A stretch of DNA of 64,000 bases from Patescibacteria group bacterium (GCA_018902845.1 JAHIPV010000020.1:74810-138809); one strand, 5' to 3'. Counted from the stretch's first letter, positions 9,899-20,965 are shown. Numbers and translations: made by a program. The notes: a model not told the origin generated them from the sequence alone.

Positions 9899-11549
9899 AG
9901 GCAATGATTTCAAAAGCCGGGGTGTTGTCTAAAAAATTAATTGTTTTTAACAGTTTAGCGTCCCCCTGCGGGTGATTGGCATTTGTTTGTGGATAGTTGT
10001 TAGGAGAAGTAATGAGGAGAGTGGATGTACGAGAGGATCCTTCGACAAGCTCAGGATGACGAGGAACGATTTCCCAGTCATTTATAAATTTAAATTTATC
10101 AAAGGCATCGACCCAGTACCAATTAGCGTGATAATCCCAAACTTTATTGGGATCAGATTGATAAGTCTCTGGATCCCATGGCCAATAAAAGAGAACGAAT
10201 TCATGTGCTTCGCCGTATTTTTTGGTAAAGTAGATTTGATCATATTCTGAATAGTTTTCTTTTATAAAATCAATGGCTTGTTTATAACCATATTGCCATG
10301 ATTGTGAATATTTTTGGGGATAAAAATTAATATATTTGTTCCAATAAGAAAAGAATTGTAGAAATAGACCAAGAGAAATGATTGGCAAAAGTTTTGGCAT
10401 AAATTCAAGTCCCAGCGCAATCAAGATGTATGGAATTGGAAGTATACTAACAGCGCGGATAATGGGAAAATCCCCTGACGTAAGGGCCGAAGGGAGGAGT
10501 CCTATGATAAACCAAAGAAGAATTAGTTTTTTATTGTTTGGTGAAAGTTTGTTAAGCGATAAAATGCCAATATAAAAGAAAGGTAAACAAATCGAATAAA
10601 GAATGCCTGTGTTGGGAATATTAAACTGATAATTACCCGTTCCTTTGAAAAAGAGTAAATACGGATTAAGAAAGTTTATGTAGTTTGTAATAAATTTGGG
10701 AATAAAGTAAGTAAGCTTGTTGTGAACAAGACGGGCGAAAAAGGGCGATAGGGTGGATTGGCCTCTTTGGTGGTTAATAATATTAATGGCATCTTGATTG
10801 AGAATAAAAGTCCAACGAGAACGGGCTTGAGAATCTGGAAGACTTAAATTAATTAGCTGGGGTATGGTAAAGATTAGAAAAATGGCCATAGAGATTAAAA
10901 CTGTGTTTTTGTGTTTTTTGAATAGTGCTGAAGTTTGTTTTTTATAGATAAAAAGAATTATTGGTACAAGCAAAGGGATAACTATGCGGGTGTTGTGATA
11001 GGCGTATTGAGATAAAGCTAAAAAAACAGAAGAATAGATGAGGAGTGTTTTTTTTTGTTGTTTTAGGGTGTAAAGCAACAAGGTGATGCCACCGATAAGA
11101 AAAAAGGAAGAAATAGTGGATTGAAAAACAGCCCTGGAAGGGAATAAGCTCCAGGGGGAAACGGCACTAAGTAGTGTGACAAAAAGAGCCAATTTTTCTT
11201 TTTTTAAAATAAGCTTGGCAAGAAAATAGGTTGGAATTAAAGTAAGGGCGCCAAGCAGAGCTGATGGCAGACGAGAAGTGAATGCGTTTATTCCGAAGTA
11301 TTTAACCAAAGGAAGTGTTAGATACATGTTTAAAGTAGTGGGGAAATCGCCATAGGCGCGAAAGTTAAAAATTGGCCAAGAGACTCCCCACTGATCTTTG
11401 CCTGTTTTAGCGAGACTGTAGGCGTTATAGGTATGGCTAATTTCGTCCCAATTTAAGGAGGGAGGGAATTGATCAAGTTTGTATAGTCGAAGAAAAAGAG
11501 AAAAGATAAAAATAATTATGAATAAAATTTGGTGAGTTTTAATTTTCAT
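9891..11549 (-). CDS. GT-C (ArnT/PMT_2-like) membrane glycosyltransferase
   Basis: NWDEISHTYNAYS, TGKDQWG, multiple TM segments; inserts RHPELVEGS and HPQGD. Confidence 0.85.
   Translation of the reverse strand: MKIKTHQILFIIIFIFSLFLRLYKLDQFPPSLNWDEISHTYNAYSLAKTGKDQWGVSWPIFNFRAYGDFPTTLNMYLTLPLVKYFGINAFTSRLPSALLGALTLIPTYFLAKLILKKEKLALFVTLLSAVSPWSLFPSRAVFQSTISSFFLIGGITLLLYTLKQQKKTLLIYSSVFLALSQYAYHNTRIVIPLLVPIILFIYKKQTSALFKKHKNTVLISMAIFLIFTIPQLINLSLPDSQARSRWTFILNQDAINIINHQRGQSTLSPFFARLVHNKLTYFIPKFITNYINFLNPYLLFFKGTGNYQFNIPNTGILYSICLPFFYIGILSLNKLSPNNKKLILLWFIIGLLPSALTSGDFPIIRAVSILPIPYILIALGLEFMPKLLPIISLGLFLQFFSYWNKYINFYPQKYSQSWQYGYKQAIDFIKENYSEYDQIYFTKKYGEAHEFVLFYWPWDPETYQSDPNKVWDYHANWYWVDAFDKFKFINDWEIVPRHPELVEGSSRTSTLLITSPNNYPQTNANHPQGDAKLLKTINFLDNTPAFEIIAYE
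10035..10061 (-). repeat. GTCAT-type REP in-frame (RHPELVEGS)
   Basis: ggatccttcgacaagctcaggatgacg. Confidence 0.9.
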
Positions 11550-13225
11550 CGATTAGTAAGGAGATCCTTCGTCCGACTAATCGGGTTCAGGATGACGAGT
11601 AAGGTTAACAAAGTGATGATACTAATAGTATTGGCCACGGTTCTTATTGGTGTATTTTTTAGTTTAAGAGTTAGAGTATGGTCGCCTTTTGGTAGTTTGA
11701 GTTGGATAAGGCCAAGGTCCGGCGTGATTGTGATTGGCAGTTTTTGGTTATTTTGGTTATAGATTTGCCAATTGGGAAAATAAACCATAGGAAAAGTAAT
11801 GGTGGCAAATTCTGAATCGACTGTAATGGAAATATCGGCCCTGTTGCTGGTTTTATTAAATGAATTTAAGGTAATTTTGTCTAGCGAAAATGGTTTTGGG
11901 GGAGCAAATTCCGGTGGAAATTGATTGCCAGAATTAGGCCAATAATCTTTTAGTCCGGCACCGCTTTGGCGAATTATTTCTTGTTTGTTTAATTTATCTT
12001 TATCAGTTAAGTTTGAATACCAGATATCTTCTTTGAAATATTTTATGTTAAGAATTATGGTGGCGGTGCTTATTAATATAAGCCATAATTGTCTTTGGTT
12101 TTTTGGAATTAGGCTAATTAATGATGCTGAGATAAAAGATAGAGAAAAAATTGCTATACCCAAAAAGCGCCAAGGAAATTGAAAGTATGCCATAAAAGGA
12201 AAAAGTTTCCATATAAAAATGGAACGTGGATGGGTTAAAAAAAGCGAGATTAAAGACAAAAGAGCGAAAAAAATAAGAATTGGAATATTTTTTATTGGTT
12301 TTTTATTTGTTTTAAGTAAAAATAAGATAAAGCAAATTAGTGGAACTAGCCAATGTATGTATCCAATCTGAAAAGACATATCGTCAATTGGCCCCCAAAG
12401 GGAAGCGCCAAAACCCCAGTCATGGCTAAAAAATAATTGTTTTAGAGTTGTAAAATGGGCTTCGTAATTAAAATATCCCTGTGTCATGGTTTGAATGGTT
12501 ACTAGTTTTTTTTCCAAAAGTGCCGGGATGATAAAAAACGAAGATAGGCCTAAACTTAGGAAAATAGGAAGAAAAAGTTTGAATCGAATTTGTTTTTGGT
12601 AAAAAAAGATATATAAAATGAGGATGGGGATGGTGACTAGTGATATTAGATTGTGGCAAAGGAATAGAGATGATAAAAGTATTGTTGATACAAGCAAGTT
12701 TTTTTTAGAGGATTTTTGGAGATATTTAGTGATTGACCAAAAAACGAAAGGTAGCAGTGAGAGAGCAAAAAATTCTGCCAATGCTCCCCTGACATATCCA
12801 TCAACGGCCCTATATGGGGCAAAAAGATAGAGAATGGTGGAGAGAAGAGCACCTTTTTGACCCCAAAAGAGTTTAGAAAAAAGAAAAATGCCGATGCCGG
12901 CTGACAAGTGGCCCAGTACAAAAGTAAGTTTGATGCTATTTATCAGGCTAAGGCCAAAAAGATGAAAAGTTTCGGCGATGATGTAGACAAAGGGTGGATA
13001 AAAATTGAAGAGTGGGTAACCGTATCCAAATCCCCCGTTGGATATAAAACGGCAAGGGATTTGCAGGTCTTTGATACATTGATCAAACTGTTGAAGACGA
13101 AATATGTGAACATCGTCTTGCATGGAGAAATATCCGGATCGAAAAAGTCGGAAACAGGTGAGAAAAGATATGGTTAATATGAAGATATATGGCAATAAAA
13201 ATTTCTTTTTAAAAAAGCATTTCAC
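11546..13225 (-). CDS. PTPS-related-domain membrane protein (GT-C-like)
   Basis: GYGYPLFNFYPP, YVRGALAE, QFPWRFL; paralog of 28994-30892. Confidence 0.8.
   Translation of the reverse strand: MKCFFKKKFLLPYIFILTISFLTCFRLFRSGYFSMQDDVHIFRLQQFDQCIKDLQIPCRFISNGGFGYGYPLFNFYPPFVYIIAETFHLFGLSLINSIKLTFVLGHLSAGIGIFLFSKLFWGQKGALLSTILYLFAPYRAVDGYVRGALAEFFALSLLPFVFWSITKYLQKSSKKNLLVSTILLSSLFLCHNLISLVTIPILILYIFFYQKQIRFKLFLPIFLSLGLSSFFIIPALLEKKLVTIQTMTQGYFNYEAHFTTLKQLFFSHDWGFGASLWGPIDDMSFQIGYIHWLVPLICFILFLLKTNKKPIKNIPILIFFALLSLISLFLTHPRSIFIWKLFPFMAYFQFPWRFLGIAIFSLSFISASLISLIPKNQRQLWLILISTATIILNIKYFKEDIWYSNLTDKDKLNKQEIIRQSGAGLKDYWPNSGNQFPPEFAPPKPFSLDKITLNSFNKTSNRADISITVDSEFATITFPMVYFPNWQIYNQNNQKLPITITPDLGLIQLKLPKGDHTLTLKLKNTPIRTVANTISIITLLTLLVILNPISRTKDLLTNR
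11561..11597 (-). repeat. GTCAT-type REP with inner hairpin, in-frame (VILNPISRTKDL)
   Basis: gagatccttcgtccgactaatcgggttcaggatgacg. Confidence 0.9.
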
Positions 13226-13247
13226 AGGTTAATTATATATGTTTGGA

Positions 13248-14954
13248 TTAGTCGTTGGCTATCGAAGTTTTGTAGATATAGATGGCTGGGGTTTGGGAGG
13301 TGGCGTAGGGATAGTAGATGATTTTGTCTATTTTGGTTGAGACAGGGAATTCTTCCGGTTTGCCGATTAAAATTGTGTCTGGTTCTAAACTATCGGCGGC
13401 AAAAGTTAATTCTCTAAATATAAAATTATCCAGTTTGTATTCACCAAGCTGATCCAAGAAAGATAATCCCTTTTCGTCATATTTAAGCCAATTTATTGAT
13501 TCTTGCTGAGTTAGTTTTGGTGCAATTTTCATAAAAAAAGAAGCATAGGCTTGTGGTTCTGAGAGTTTGCGGGAGTAAATTATCTGAGAAGGTTTTTCTT
13601 TTTGAACGTATTTTATGGCTTCTTTATGACCATAAAGCATGCCGTGGGCTAGAATTTGATTGCCACGATAAAAATAAGTGCTAAGAAAATCTAGATTATA
13701 GAAAATAAATATTGATGCCAAGAGAATTAAAGTAGCTTTTTTGATTTGTCTTTGAGAGATTTTTTGGTAAAAAAGATAAAGACCGGTGACAGAAAAAATT
13801 TGAATAAATGGAATCATGATTGAAGCCCGGTTTCCAAACATTTGGCCCTTAGCTAGAGTGGCGGGAATTGGAGTTAAAAGGATTAGGGGGAGTAAAAAAA
13901 GTAGTTGGGAGTGATAGATATTGTGCTTTTTTGAAAAAATAGAAGTTAGTGAAACGAGAAGTCCTAAAAACAAAAGTGGATTAAGGACTCCAAAACTTGG
14001 AATCATGCCGTAGTCGGTTTCTGAGGCCCCGTTTGTAAGTAAAAACTGGGGAGAGAAATAAGAAAAATAGTTTTGGAAAAATATTTTTGTTGTGTAGATA
14101 AACTTGTTGTTAAAAATTCTGCTAATTTGAGTTGGCAGGCCATTTTGAATAGTTTGAAATTGTTGGTCGGAAACAGATTGCCACTTGTCGGTAGGGTTAA
14201 ATATGACAATATCCGAAGTTCTGGTGGAGTTGGAATTAAAAAAGTTGATAGTAAGAAATAAGAAAATGACAGAATAGAAAACTAAATATGGTTTGAGGTT
14301 TGAGAATATTTCTCCCCCTTCGGGTGACTGCGCCGTTGCTTGCCTTTTTTTGTAAACGGAGATTAATATAATAACCAGAGGGACAAGGGCTTTGGTGGAA
14401 TGGTAAGAGAAAGAAGCAAGAATTAAAAGAATGGCTGAAATGATTAAATTTTTACAAGATTTTGTTGAATTGGTAGAGCGCAGAAAAAAGAAAAGGCCAA
14501 GAGAAACAAAAAATACGTGAAGATTGGCTTCAAGAGCCAACCGAGACATTGGCAGGTGCCATGGTGAAAGACTTAAAAAAAGGGCAGAAAGAAGTGGAAT
14601 GGCGATTGTTCGTTTAAAGAGTTGTTTGGTAAAAAGAAAAACAGCAATAATTGAGAGAGATGAAAATAGGGCATTAGGAAAACGGGCGGCAAAAGGTGTT
14701 AGGCCGAATAATTTTATTGATGGAATCATTAGATAAGTTTGTAGGGGCGGTTTAAAGTCACCAAAGGAACGTAAAGATAATGGCCAGGGAATTCCCCACT
14801 CGTCTTTGCCGGTGTTTAAAAGCGAATAAGCAGTATAGGCTTGAGCTAATTCATCGGGACTGTAGGAACTTGGTAGAGATTCAAGTTTGTAGAATCTAAG
14901 AAAAGTACCCAAAATAAATATTAAAAATAAAATGATGTATGATTTGCGATTCAT
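13248..14954 (-). CDS. GT-C (ArnT/PMT_2-like) membrane glycosyltransferase
   Basis: SPDELAQAYTAYS, FGDFKPPL; insert QATAQSPEGG at 14314-14342. Confidence 0.85.
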   Translation of the reverse strand: MNRKSYIILFLIFILGTFLRFYKLESLPSSYSPDELAQAYTAYSLLNTGKDEWGIPWPLSLRSFGDFKPPLQTYLMIPSIKLFGLTPFAARFPNALFSSLSIIAVFLFTKQLFKRTIAIPLLSALFLSLSPWHLPMSRLALEANLHVFFVSLGLFFFLRSTNSTKSCKNLIISAILLILASFSYHSTKALVPLVIILISVYKKRQATAQSPEGGEIFSNLKPYLVFYSVIFLFLTINFFNSNSTRTSDIVIFNPTDKWQSVSDQQFQTIQNGLPTQISRIFNNKFIYTTKIFFQNYFSYFSPQFLLTNGASETDYGMIPSFGVLNPLLFLGLLVSLTSIFSKKHNIYHSQLLFLLPLILLTPIPATLAKGQMFGNRASIMIPFIQIFSVTGLYLFYQKISQRQIKKATLILLASIFIFYNLDFLSTYFYRGNQILAHGMLYGHKEAIKYVQKEKPSQIIYSRKLSEPQAYASFFMKIAPKLTQQESINWLKYDEKGLSFLDQLGEYKLDNFIFRELTFAADSLEPDTILIGKPEEFPVSTKIDKIIYYPYATSQTPAIYIYKTSIAND

Positions 14955-15040
14955 GATCGATAAATTCTAAATTCTAATATCTAAATTCTAAATAAATTCA
15001 AAATTCAAATGTTCAAAATTTAAAACTAATTAAAATAAAT

Positions 15041-16792
15041 TTATAATTTTTGGATTATTTGGGCGAAGATTAAATTGTTTGGTAAATAAACTGTATCGAT
15101 TGTTTTAAAACCATCTGGTGGGTTTTTGCTTAGATCCCAGTCTCCAGGAATATCCAGAAGCTGGAAAAGAACAAAAGTATCTGAGCTTTGGGCTATTTTA
15201 GCAATTTTATCTATAGTTGATGTGGCGTTCCAGTTTGTGACGAAAAAGATTTGGTCGTTTAATTTGAAGCCGGATAAATCTTGGTAAAAATTATCAACAG
15301 TTTTGTCAGTAAAATTTGATTGATGGAGTGATTGTGGCGGATATTTGCTATAAAAAAGATAATGAATTAAAGAGGTATAGTTGCTGTTGCTGATAAAAAG
15401 ACGGTTGGTGTTTGATGGTATGGATTGCATAAGTTGTTGATAGCCATATTGCCATGATTGAAAAGAATCTTTGGGATAGCGAACAAAATAATTGCGATAA
15501 TAAAAAATCATATTGATTGATAACGATGTGATTATAAGTATGGTAATAATTTTTGATTTGTTGGTGATGGCAAGAAAGCCTTTGGAGACAAAATAGATTA
15601 GTGGTGGCAGTATCAAGAAAAGTCGAGTGGCTTGAGTACCGCCGTCTATGGTAAGACTGGTGGGTATAGGAGCTATTAGTAGCCAAAAAAACATAAGTTG
15701 ATTAGCTTTGCCGTTTTTTTTGTTTTTATTAATGGAAAAAAATCCAAACAGTAGGAGTGGTAAAAAGGTGATTGGCAGAAGACCAAAATCTGATGGACTG
15801 TGGCGAGGGTTAGGATCGCCGGAACGAAAAAGAAAATTGAAAGAAAGACTTGATAAATAATTATTGGTAAAAATATTTAGTGTTTTTGTCAGTTTGTTAT
15901 AAAAAATTCTTTCTGTTTCAGAATCAGTAGCAGAAAAGCCCGTTCTTTTTGTAATTATTTCTTCTGTTATTTTTGGGTTATTAAAGATACCAATGAGTTT
16001 GAAACGATTGGCGGCTGAACCGGAAAGAATGTTTTTGGCAAGAGGAAATAAAAGGAATAGGGCCAAAAAAGCTGGTGCTTGTTTTTTAGTTGCTTGTTTT
16101 TTGATTTCTTTAAAATTTGTGAGAATGAGAAATATAACAAGAAGTGGTGTGAAAATATTGGCGGTGTTATAAGTGTAAAAAGATAGTGAAAAAATAAAAA
16201 TGGAGAGATAAAGGTAGGGGGAAAATGATTGGTTTTTTTTGAGGGATTTGTAAAAATAATAAGTGCCGGAGAGGATGAGAGTGAGGAGAAGAGAAACTTC
16301 AAAGGCGGTGCGACTGTAGTGGAAGTGCCAGTTTGATAGGCCTAGGAATACAGAAGAAAGAAGAGCCAGATTAGAGTTTTTGGTTTGGATTTTGACTAAT
16401 TTATATAAATAAACAATGGCTAGAATGGCGAAAACAACCGAAGGTAAACGAACAGCAATTGGATTAAGCCCAAAGAGTAATACAAATGGAATGGTGGTGT
16501 ACATGAGTAAAGGAGCTCGAGATTCGGCCAAAGAGTCTATATAAAAAGGTAATAAATTTCCTTTGTAGTCTTTGGCGGTTTTTAAAAGAGAATAGGCATG
16601 ATATCCAACGTCGGCTTCGTCGCCAAAAAGTGGGAGAATGTCTAGTTTGTAAAGTCTTAAAAAGATAGATATAAAAAAAATGGTAATGAGAAAAAATTTT
16701 ATGAAGATGTTGAATAGGTTTCTGGGGGATCCTTCGTCCGATGAATCGGACTCAGGATGACGAATAGGAAAAAATTTTATTTTTTGTGACAT
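15041..16792 (-). CDS. GT-C (ArnT/PMT_2-like) membrane glycosyltransferase
   Basis: FGDEADVGYHAYS, GDPNPRH; likely start ATG 16792. Confidence 0.85.
   Translation of the reverse strand: MSQKIKFFPIRHPESDSSDEGSPRNLFNIFIKFFLITIFFISIFLRLYKLDILPLFGDEADVGYHAYSLLKTAKDYKGNLLPFYIDSLAESRAPLLMYTTIPFVLLFGLNPIAVRLPSVVFAILAIVYLYKLVKIQTKNSNLALLSSVFLGLSNWHFHYSRTAFEVSLLLTLILSGTYYFYKSLKKNQSFSPYLYLSIFIFSLSFYTYNTANIFTPLLVIFLILTNFKEIKKQATKKQAPAFLALFLLFPLAKNILSGSAANRFKLIGIFNNPKITEEIITKRTGFSATDSETERIFYNKLTKTLNIFTNNYLSSLSFNFLFRSGDPNPRHSPSDFGLLPITFLPLLLFGFFSINKNKKNGKANQLMFFWLLIAPIPTSLTIDGGTQATRLFLILPPLIYFVSKGFLAITNKSKIITILIITSLSINMIFYYRNYFVRYPKDSFQSWQYGYQQLMQSIPSNTNRLFISNSNYTSLIHYLFYSKYPPQSLHQSNFTDKTVDNFYQDLSGFKLNDQIFFVTNWNATSTIDKIAKIAQSSDTFVLFQLLDIPGDWDLSKNPPDGFKTIDTVYLPNNLIFAQIIQKL
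16727..16762 (-). repeat. GTCAT-type REP in-frame (RHPESDSSDEGSP)
   Basis: ggatccttcgtccgatgaatcggactcaggatgacg. Confidence 0.9.
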
Positions 16793-17670
16793 TTTGAAGA
16801 TAACCAGATAATAAGTGTTAACAGATAATGCTTCAAAAGACCGTGGTAAATTTTTGAGCTGGGAATAAGTCGTCGCCATTGATTTTCGGAATTGCTTAAA
16901 CTTTTTCCACTAAGGCCGTGGTAGTGAATAACTTTGCATTGTGGATAACAATAAACTTGCTTGACTGATTTGTGTATCCGGCGACAAAGGTCGAGATCTT
17001 CAAAATACATAAAATATTTTTCATTCCATTTGCCGAGTTGATCAAAGAGTTTTTTTGATATAAGAAAAGCACCGCCAGAAATGGCGTAAACAGAGGAAGG
17101 GGTTGTATCCTTGGGTATATTTTTAGTAAAGGCATATTTTTGCCCAAGCCAAAATTCTTTAAATGCGTTTAAAATAGATTGTTTTGGAAAAACAGAGGCT
17201 TGTGGGGTTTTGTTTGGATTTAAAAATTGGGGGCCAATAGCCCCAACTTTGGGACTTTTTTGAAGAAATTGAAGCATATTGACAATAGAACTATCAACTA
17301 ATTTCATGTCTGAGTTAAGAAAAAGTAAATAGTCGCCTTTGGCTTTTTTAGAGGCTATATTGTTTCCTTTGGCAAAACCGAAATTCGAAGAATTTTGAAT
17401 TAATTGGATTTTTACGTCATTCTGAGGCGAAGCCGAAGAATCTCGTTGTTGTTTTTGCCGATTCCGAGGGGATCCTTCTCCCCCTTGCGGGTGATCAGGA
17501 TGACGATGTATAAGGGTTTTTTTGATTTGATTAACAGAATTGTCTGTGGAGGCGTTGTCGGCAACGATGATTTCGTGTTTAATGTCTTTGATATATTTAA
17601 AAATTGATTTAATGCAGTTTATAGTGGCTTTGGGTGTGTTCCAGTTGAGAATGATGATGCTAAGGTCCAT
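16777..17670 (-). CDS. GT2 (WbbL/rhamnosyltransferase-like)
   Basis: DNASTD, NFGFAKGNN, FLNSD, FMYFEDLDLC. Confidence 0.9.
   Translation of the reverse strand: MDLSIIILNWNTPKATINCIKSIFKYIKDIKHEIIVADNASTDNSVNQIKKTLIHRHPDHPQGGEGSPRNRQKQQRDSSASPQNDVKIQLIQNSSNFGFAKGNNIASKKAKGDYLLFLNSDMKLVDSSIVNMLQFLQKSPKVGAIGPQFLNPNKTPQASVFPKQSILNAFKEFWLGQKYAFTKNIPKDTTPSSVYAISGGAFLISKKLFDQLGKWNEKYFMYFEDLDLCRRIHKSVKQVYCYPQCKVIHYHGLSGKSLSNSENQWRRLIPSSKIYHGLLKHYLLTLIIWLSSKCHKK
17415..17505. repeat. REP doublet (REPIN-like) in-frame in GT2
   Basis: cgtcattctgag...gaagaatc-spacer-ggatccttc...caggatgacg; shared with 24335 and 63374. Confidence 0.9.
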
Positions 17671-17696
17671 TGATTCGATTATAGCTTTTTTGTTTA

Positions 17697-20048
17697 TTAA
17701 TGACTATGGTTGGCGAGATTATTTGTTTTTGGAGTAGTTTTTTTTGATAGTAATATAAAAACTGATACAAGCATGATTGTTAATCCAATAATAAAAGCTT
17801 TGGGGAAATAATAAAATTTAATTGTGTGGGTGCCGGGTGGAACTAGAACTGCTCTAAAAGCGTGATTGGCTTGGTAGATTTGAGCGGACTGTTGGTCTAT
17901 TTTGGCTTTCCATTCCGGATAATAAGCATCAGAAAGAAGAAGAATCTGGGGGCAATTATTTTCTGTTTTTAGTTCTATGCTGTTTTCTTTGTCTGAGATG
18001 AATAAGATATTTGATATGTCAGGTTGGCAGTTTTTGATGTTTTCCAGTTTACTATTATCAGGCGCATTTTTTGAATAAAAAGCAACTAGATTTTTGTCGA
18101 ATTGGTTTGTTAAGATTTTTGCCATTTCGTTTTTTGAATTAACGACAATCGGGTTGTTGGTAAAACGGGCCCGAGATAGACTACTTTTGTTTTCGATTAT
18201 TTCTACTTTTTTTTCTGTAAAAACAGTGTCGAAGTCGGAGTGATTTTTTTCTTCTACATCGAAGAAATAATCTTTGTTGTGAAAAAGATATTTGACAGAC
18301 AAGGAATTAAAGAGAGAAGAGTTAATATTGGTGACTTTGCGGGCCCTAGAAGCGGAGTGGGGAAATTTTAGTTCTTGAGTTAACAAAAGATATTCATAGT
18401 TTAATAGTGGTACGGTGGCATCATAGCCGTCTGGAGATTTTAGTCCATATGGCATCCACATGTTTTCCGGAATAGTGCTTAGGGTTGCGATTCTGTCGTT
18501 GTTGACATTTTTTTGGACAAATTCTATTGATGGAGTAGTTGGAAACAAATATTTTGCTGGTGTGAAAGGTAGATATTTCCAGCCTAAATAAAAAAGTTCT
18601 GCGGTTGAAATAATTATGGTGATAGCCAGTAAAAAAGATTTGATGCCTTTATTTTTAAAAAAGTTTATCAGTAAAATAGAAAAAATAATTGGCAGACTAA
18701 AGAGGAGGCCATAAAGAGTATTTTTGAAGGCAACAGTAGAAAGTAATAAATTTGGTTTGAATTTTGAAAGTGACAATAAAAGTATTTGCCAGAAGAATAT
18801 GAGAAAAACAGGAATGATAATGTTGAGAAATTTGTTGGTAAACAGATTTTCTAGCAAATAAGCACCCAAAACAGAAAAGGCCAGATTGCTGATTACAAAG
18901 ATTCTAGTTGAGATTCCGTTTTTAGAAAAAATCAAGCCTAAGTGGTTTTTTAGAAAAATTGAGATTGGATTTGAAGTAGCCAGTAAAAAGGCGATGGGAA
19001 TGGAAAATAGGAAAAGTTTTGTAAGTTTGGATTTTTTGGGATCCTTCGGCAAGCTCAGGATGAGGCTGAAAAAAGCAAAGATGGCAAAAATTCCGGGATA
19101 AAAGGCATTGTTGTCGTAAAAACCTTTAGCTTGGTAATCATTGGTGGCTGGATTGCCCCAAAAATTTGGAGATATAGCCGTAAATAGATTTTCTGTGGGC
19201 AAGAAACCGCTGTTGGATGACTGGGCCGTGTTGTCAATTGAATGGATTGAACGAGAAATTAATTGTAAGCCGGGAATGAGTAATGGAGCGGCAAGAGCTA
19301 GTCCTAAGATGATATAGATGAAAAAATTTAATATTTTTTTGTGGTTTTTGTTTGAATGAAGGATTAAGAAATAAAATGTAATTAAAATTAACGAATAAAT
19401 GGAATATTGGGGGTAACCGCCATAAATTTGAAGAGCGATTAATATTGACATTAAAGGAAATTTCTTTTTTTCTATGGCAGTTAACATTAGCGGGAGAAAT
19501 GAAGCAACATAGGCATGGATTCCATATTCCAACCAGGTAATATTAAAAAGAGAGAAAGTGAAAATGATAGCACCCATAAGGGCGCTGGGGTTTTTGAATT
19601 TGATTGTTTTTAGGTAGATAAAAGCAGAGACAAGAGCAAAAAGTAACTGCAAATAAATCATTAATCCCCAAGCGGTAGTTGTCTTTATAGGTAAAAAAAA
19701 TGGAAGATTAGTAAAGTTGATAAGAGAATTTTGAAAATTAGCAAAAAGAGGCATACCCAAAAAATAGTACGGATTCCAAAAAGGAAAAACCTTTGATTTA
19801 ATTGCGTTTATAGCTGTTGTTCTCCATTGGTAGATTATAGAAACAATGTCTGACATTAACGGGTTTTTGATTGCAACACCGACGGCATTGCCCCATTTTG
19901 AGTTGAGCCAAGGATAGTACATGCCAACGGTAATATCGGCAGGAATTGGAATGAGTTTATATAAGAAAAATTTGTGAAAGAAAATAAAACTGAGAAGTAT
20001 GAGAAATATCGGTGGCCAAAAGTTGAAAGATTGTTTTTTAAATTTCAT
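17697..20048 (-). CDS. YfhO-family membrane protein (GT-C-like)
   Basis: PFWNPYYFLGMPL, LLSDAYYPEWKA, ANHAFRAVLVPPGTH; REP insert at 19038-19063. Confidence 0.85.
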   Translation of the reverse strand: MKFKKQSFNFWPPIFLILLSFIFFHKFFLYKLIPIPADITVGMYYPWLNSKWGNAVGVAIKNPLMSDIVSIIYQWRTTAINAIKSKVFPFWNPYYFLGMPLFANFQNSLINFTNLPFFLPIKTTTAWGLMIYLQLLFALVSAFIYLKTIKFKNPSALMGAIIFTFSLFNITWLEYGIHAYVASFLPLMLTAIEKKKFPLMSILIALQIYGGYPQYSIYSLILITFYFLILHSNKNHKKILNFFIYIILGLALAAPLLIPGLQLISRSIHSIDNTAQSSNSGFLPTENLFTAISPNFWGNPATNDYQAKGFYDNNAFYPGIFAIFAFFSLILSLPKDPKKSKLTKLFLFSIPIAFLLATSNPISIFLKNHLGLIFSKNGISTRIFVISNLAFSVLGAYLLENLFTNKFLNIIIPVFLIFFWQILLLSLSKFKPNLLLSTVAFKNTLYGLLFSLPIIFSILLINFFKNKGIKSFLLAITIIISTAELFYLGWKYLPFTPAKYLFPTTPSIEFVQKNVNNDRIATLSTIPENMWMPYGLKSPDGYDATVPLLNYEYLLLTQELKFPHSASRARKVTNINSSLFNSLSVKYLFHNKDYFFDVEEKNHSDFDTVFTEKKVEIIENKSSLSRARFTNNPIVVNSKNEMAKILTNQFDKNLVAFYSKNAPDNSKLENIKNCQPDISNILFISDKENSIELKTENNCPQILLLSDAYYPEWKAKIDQQSAQIYQANHAFRAVLVPPGTHTIKFYYFPKAFIIGLTIMLVSVFILLSKKTTPKTNNLANHSH

Positions 20049-20965
20049 TCTTTAAACTTGTTAAAGATTTGTTTGTCTGTTAGTTTAGGAAAGACGATAG
20101 GGGGAAGGTGATTTTTAATTTGTCTTTTGGCAGCACGAATGATTTTTATATAATTGGGGCCAAAAGGAACTCTTAATGCGATGGCAATTTTGTTTGATGT
20201 TAAAAGTTTTGGATCTGTAATGTTTCTTAAGACAGTTAGCAATCGATTTCTTTCTTTAACATAAATCAAGAAGCGTTTGGGTAATTTTGACATAGTGCTT
20301 TGGTGTTTGTGATAGATTTTTGATTTTGGTTCCCAAATTAGCGTGTAACCTGATTTCCAGGCTCTATAACCTAAATCTAAATCCTCTGAGTAGCAGGGGT
20401 GATAAATATTATCAAAACCTCTTAACTTGGTAAAAATTGACTTTCTGATTATAGAGCCGCCTCCGGAAAGCCAGGCCGTAATGTGGGCTTTTGAGATTTT
20501 TTTTCCCGGTTCGTATTGCAAATAACCTTCCTTCCAAAAAATTCTGGCCCAATTTTCATTGCCTATTTCAGCAAATCCAACTCCAAAAAGTTTTGGATTT
20601 TTGAAATGGTGGAGTGAGTTTTTAATGTAATTTTTGGTAGGAGTGATGTCGTTGTTTAATAAAACCACTAATTCGCCTTTGCATTTACCGACGGCCATAT
20701 TTGAGTTAATAACGAATCCTTGGTTCTTTTTTTGGGTTAATAGTTTTATTTGTGGATGTTTTTTTTGCAGTTTTTTTAAAAAAATGTGGCTTTTGTCGGT
20801 TGATGCGTCGTCGGCGATAATAATTTCGGAGACTTGGGGACTATATTTGATTACTTTGGGAAGATTTTTTTTTAGGAGTTTTAGTCCGTTGAAGTTAGTT
20901 ACAATGAGGGAGATGGAAAAATTATGATTTTTTCCCCCTGCGGGTGACTTCGCTTTGCTTCGCAT
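20045..20965 (-). CDS. GT2 glycosyltransferase
   Basis: DDASTD, LLNND, EDLDLGYRAW; N-terminus MRSKAKSPAGG comes from the repeat at 20934-20965. Confidence 0.9.
   Translation of the reverse strand: MRSKAKSPAGGKNHNFSISLIVTNFNGLKLLKKNLPKVIKYSPQVSEIIIADDASTDKSHIFLKKLQKKHPQIKLLTQKKNQGFVINSNMAVGKCKGELVVLLNNDITPTKNYIKNSLHHFKNPKLFGVGFAEIGNENWARIFWKEGYLQYEPGKKISKAHITAWLSGGGSIIRKSIFTKLRGFDNIYHPCYSEDLDLGYRAWKSGYTLIWEPKSKIYHKHQSTMSKLPKRFLIYVKERNRLLTVLRNITDPKLLTSNKIAIALRVPFGPNYIKIIRAAKRQIKNHLPPIVFPKLTDKQIFNKFKE

Noticed and set aside
17415-17505. Inserts as inteins or self-splicing introns
   Set aside because: Too short, no C/S...HN ends or intron cores, and they are read in different frames.
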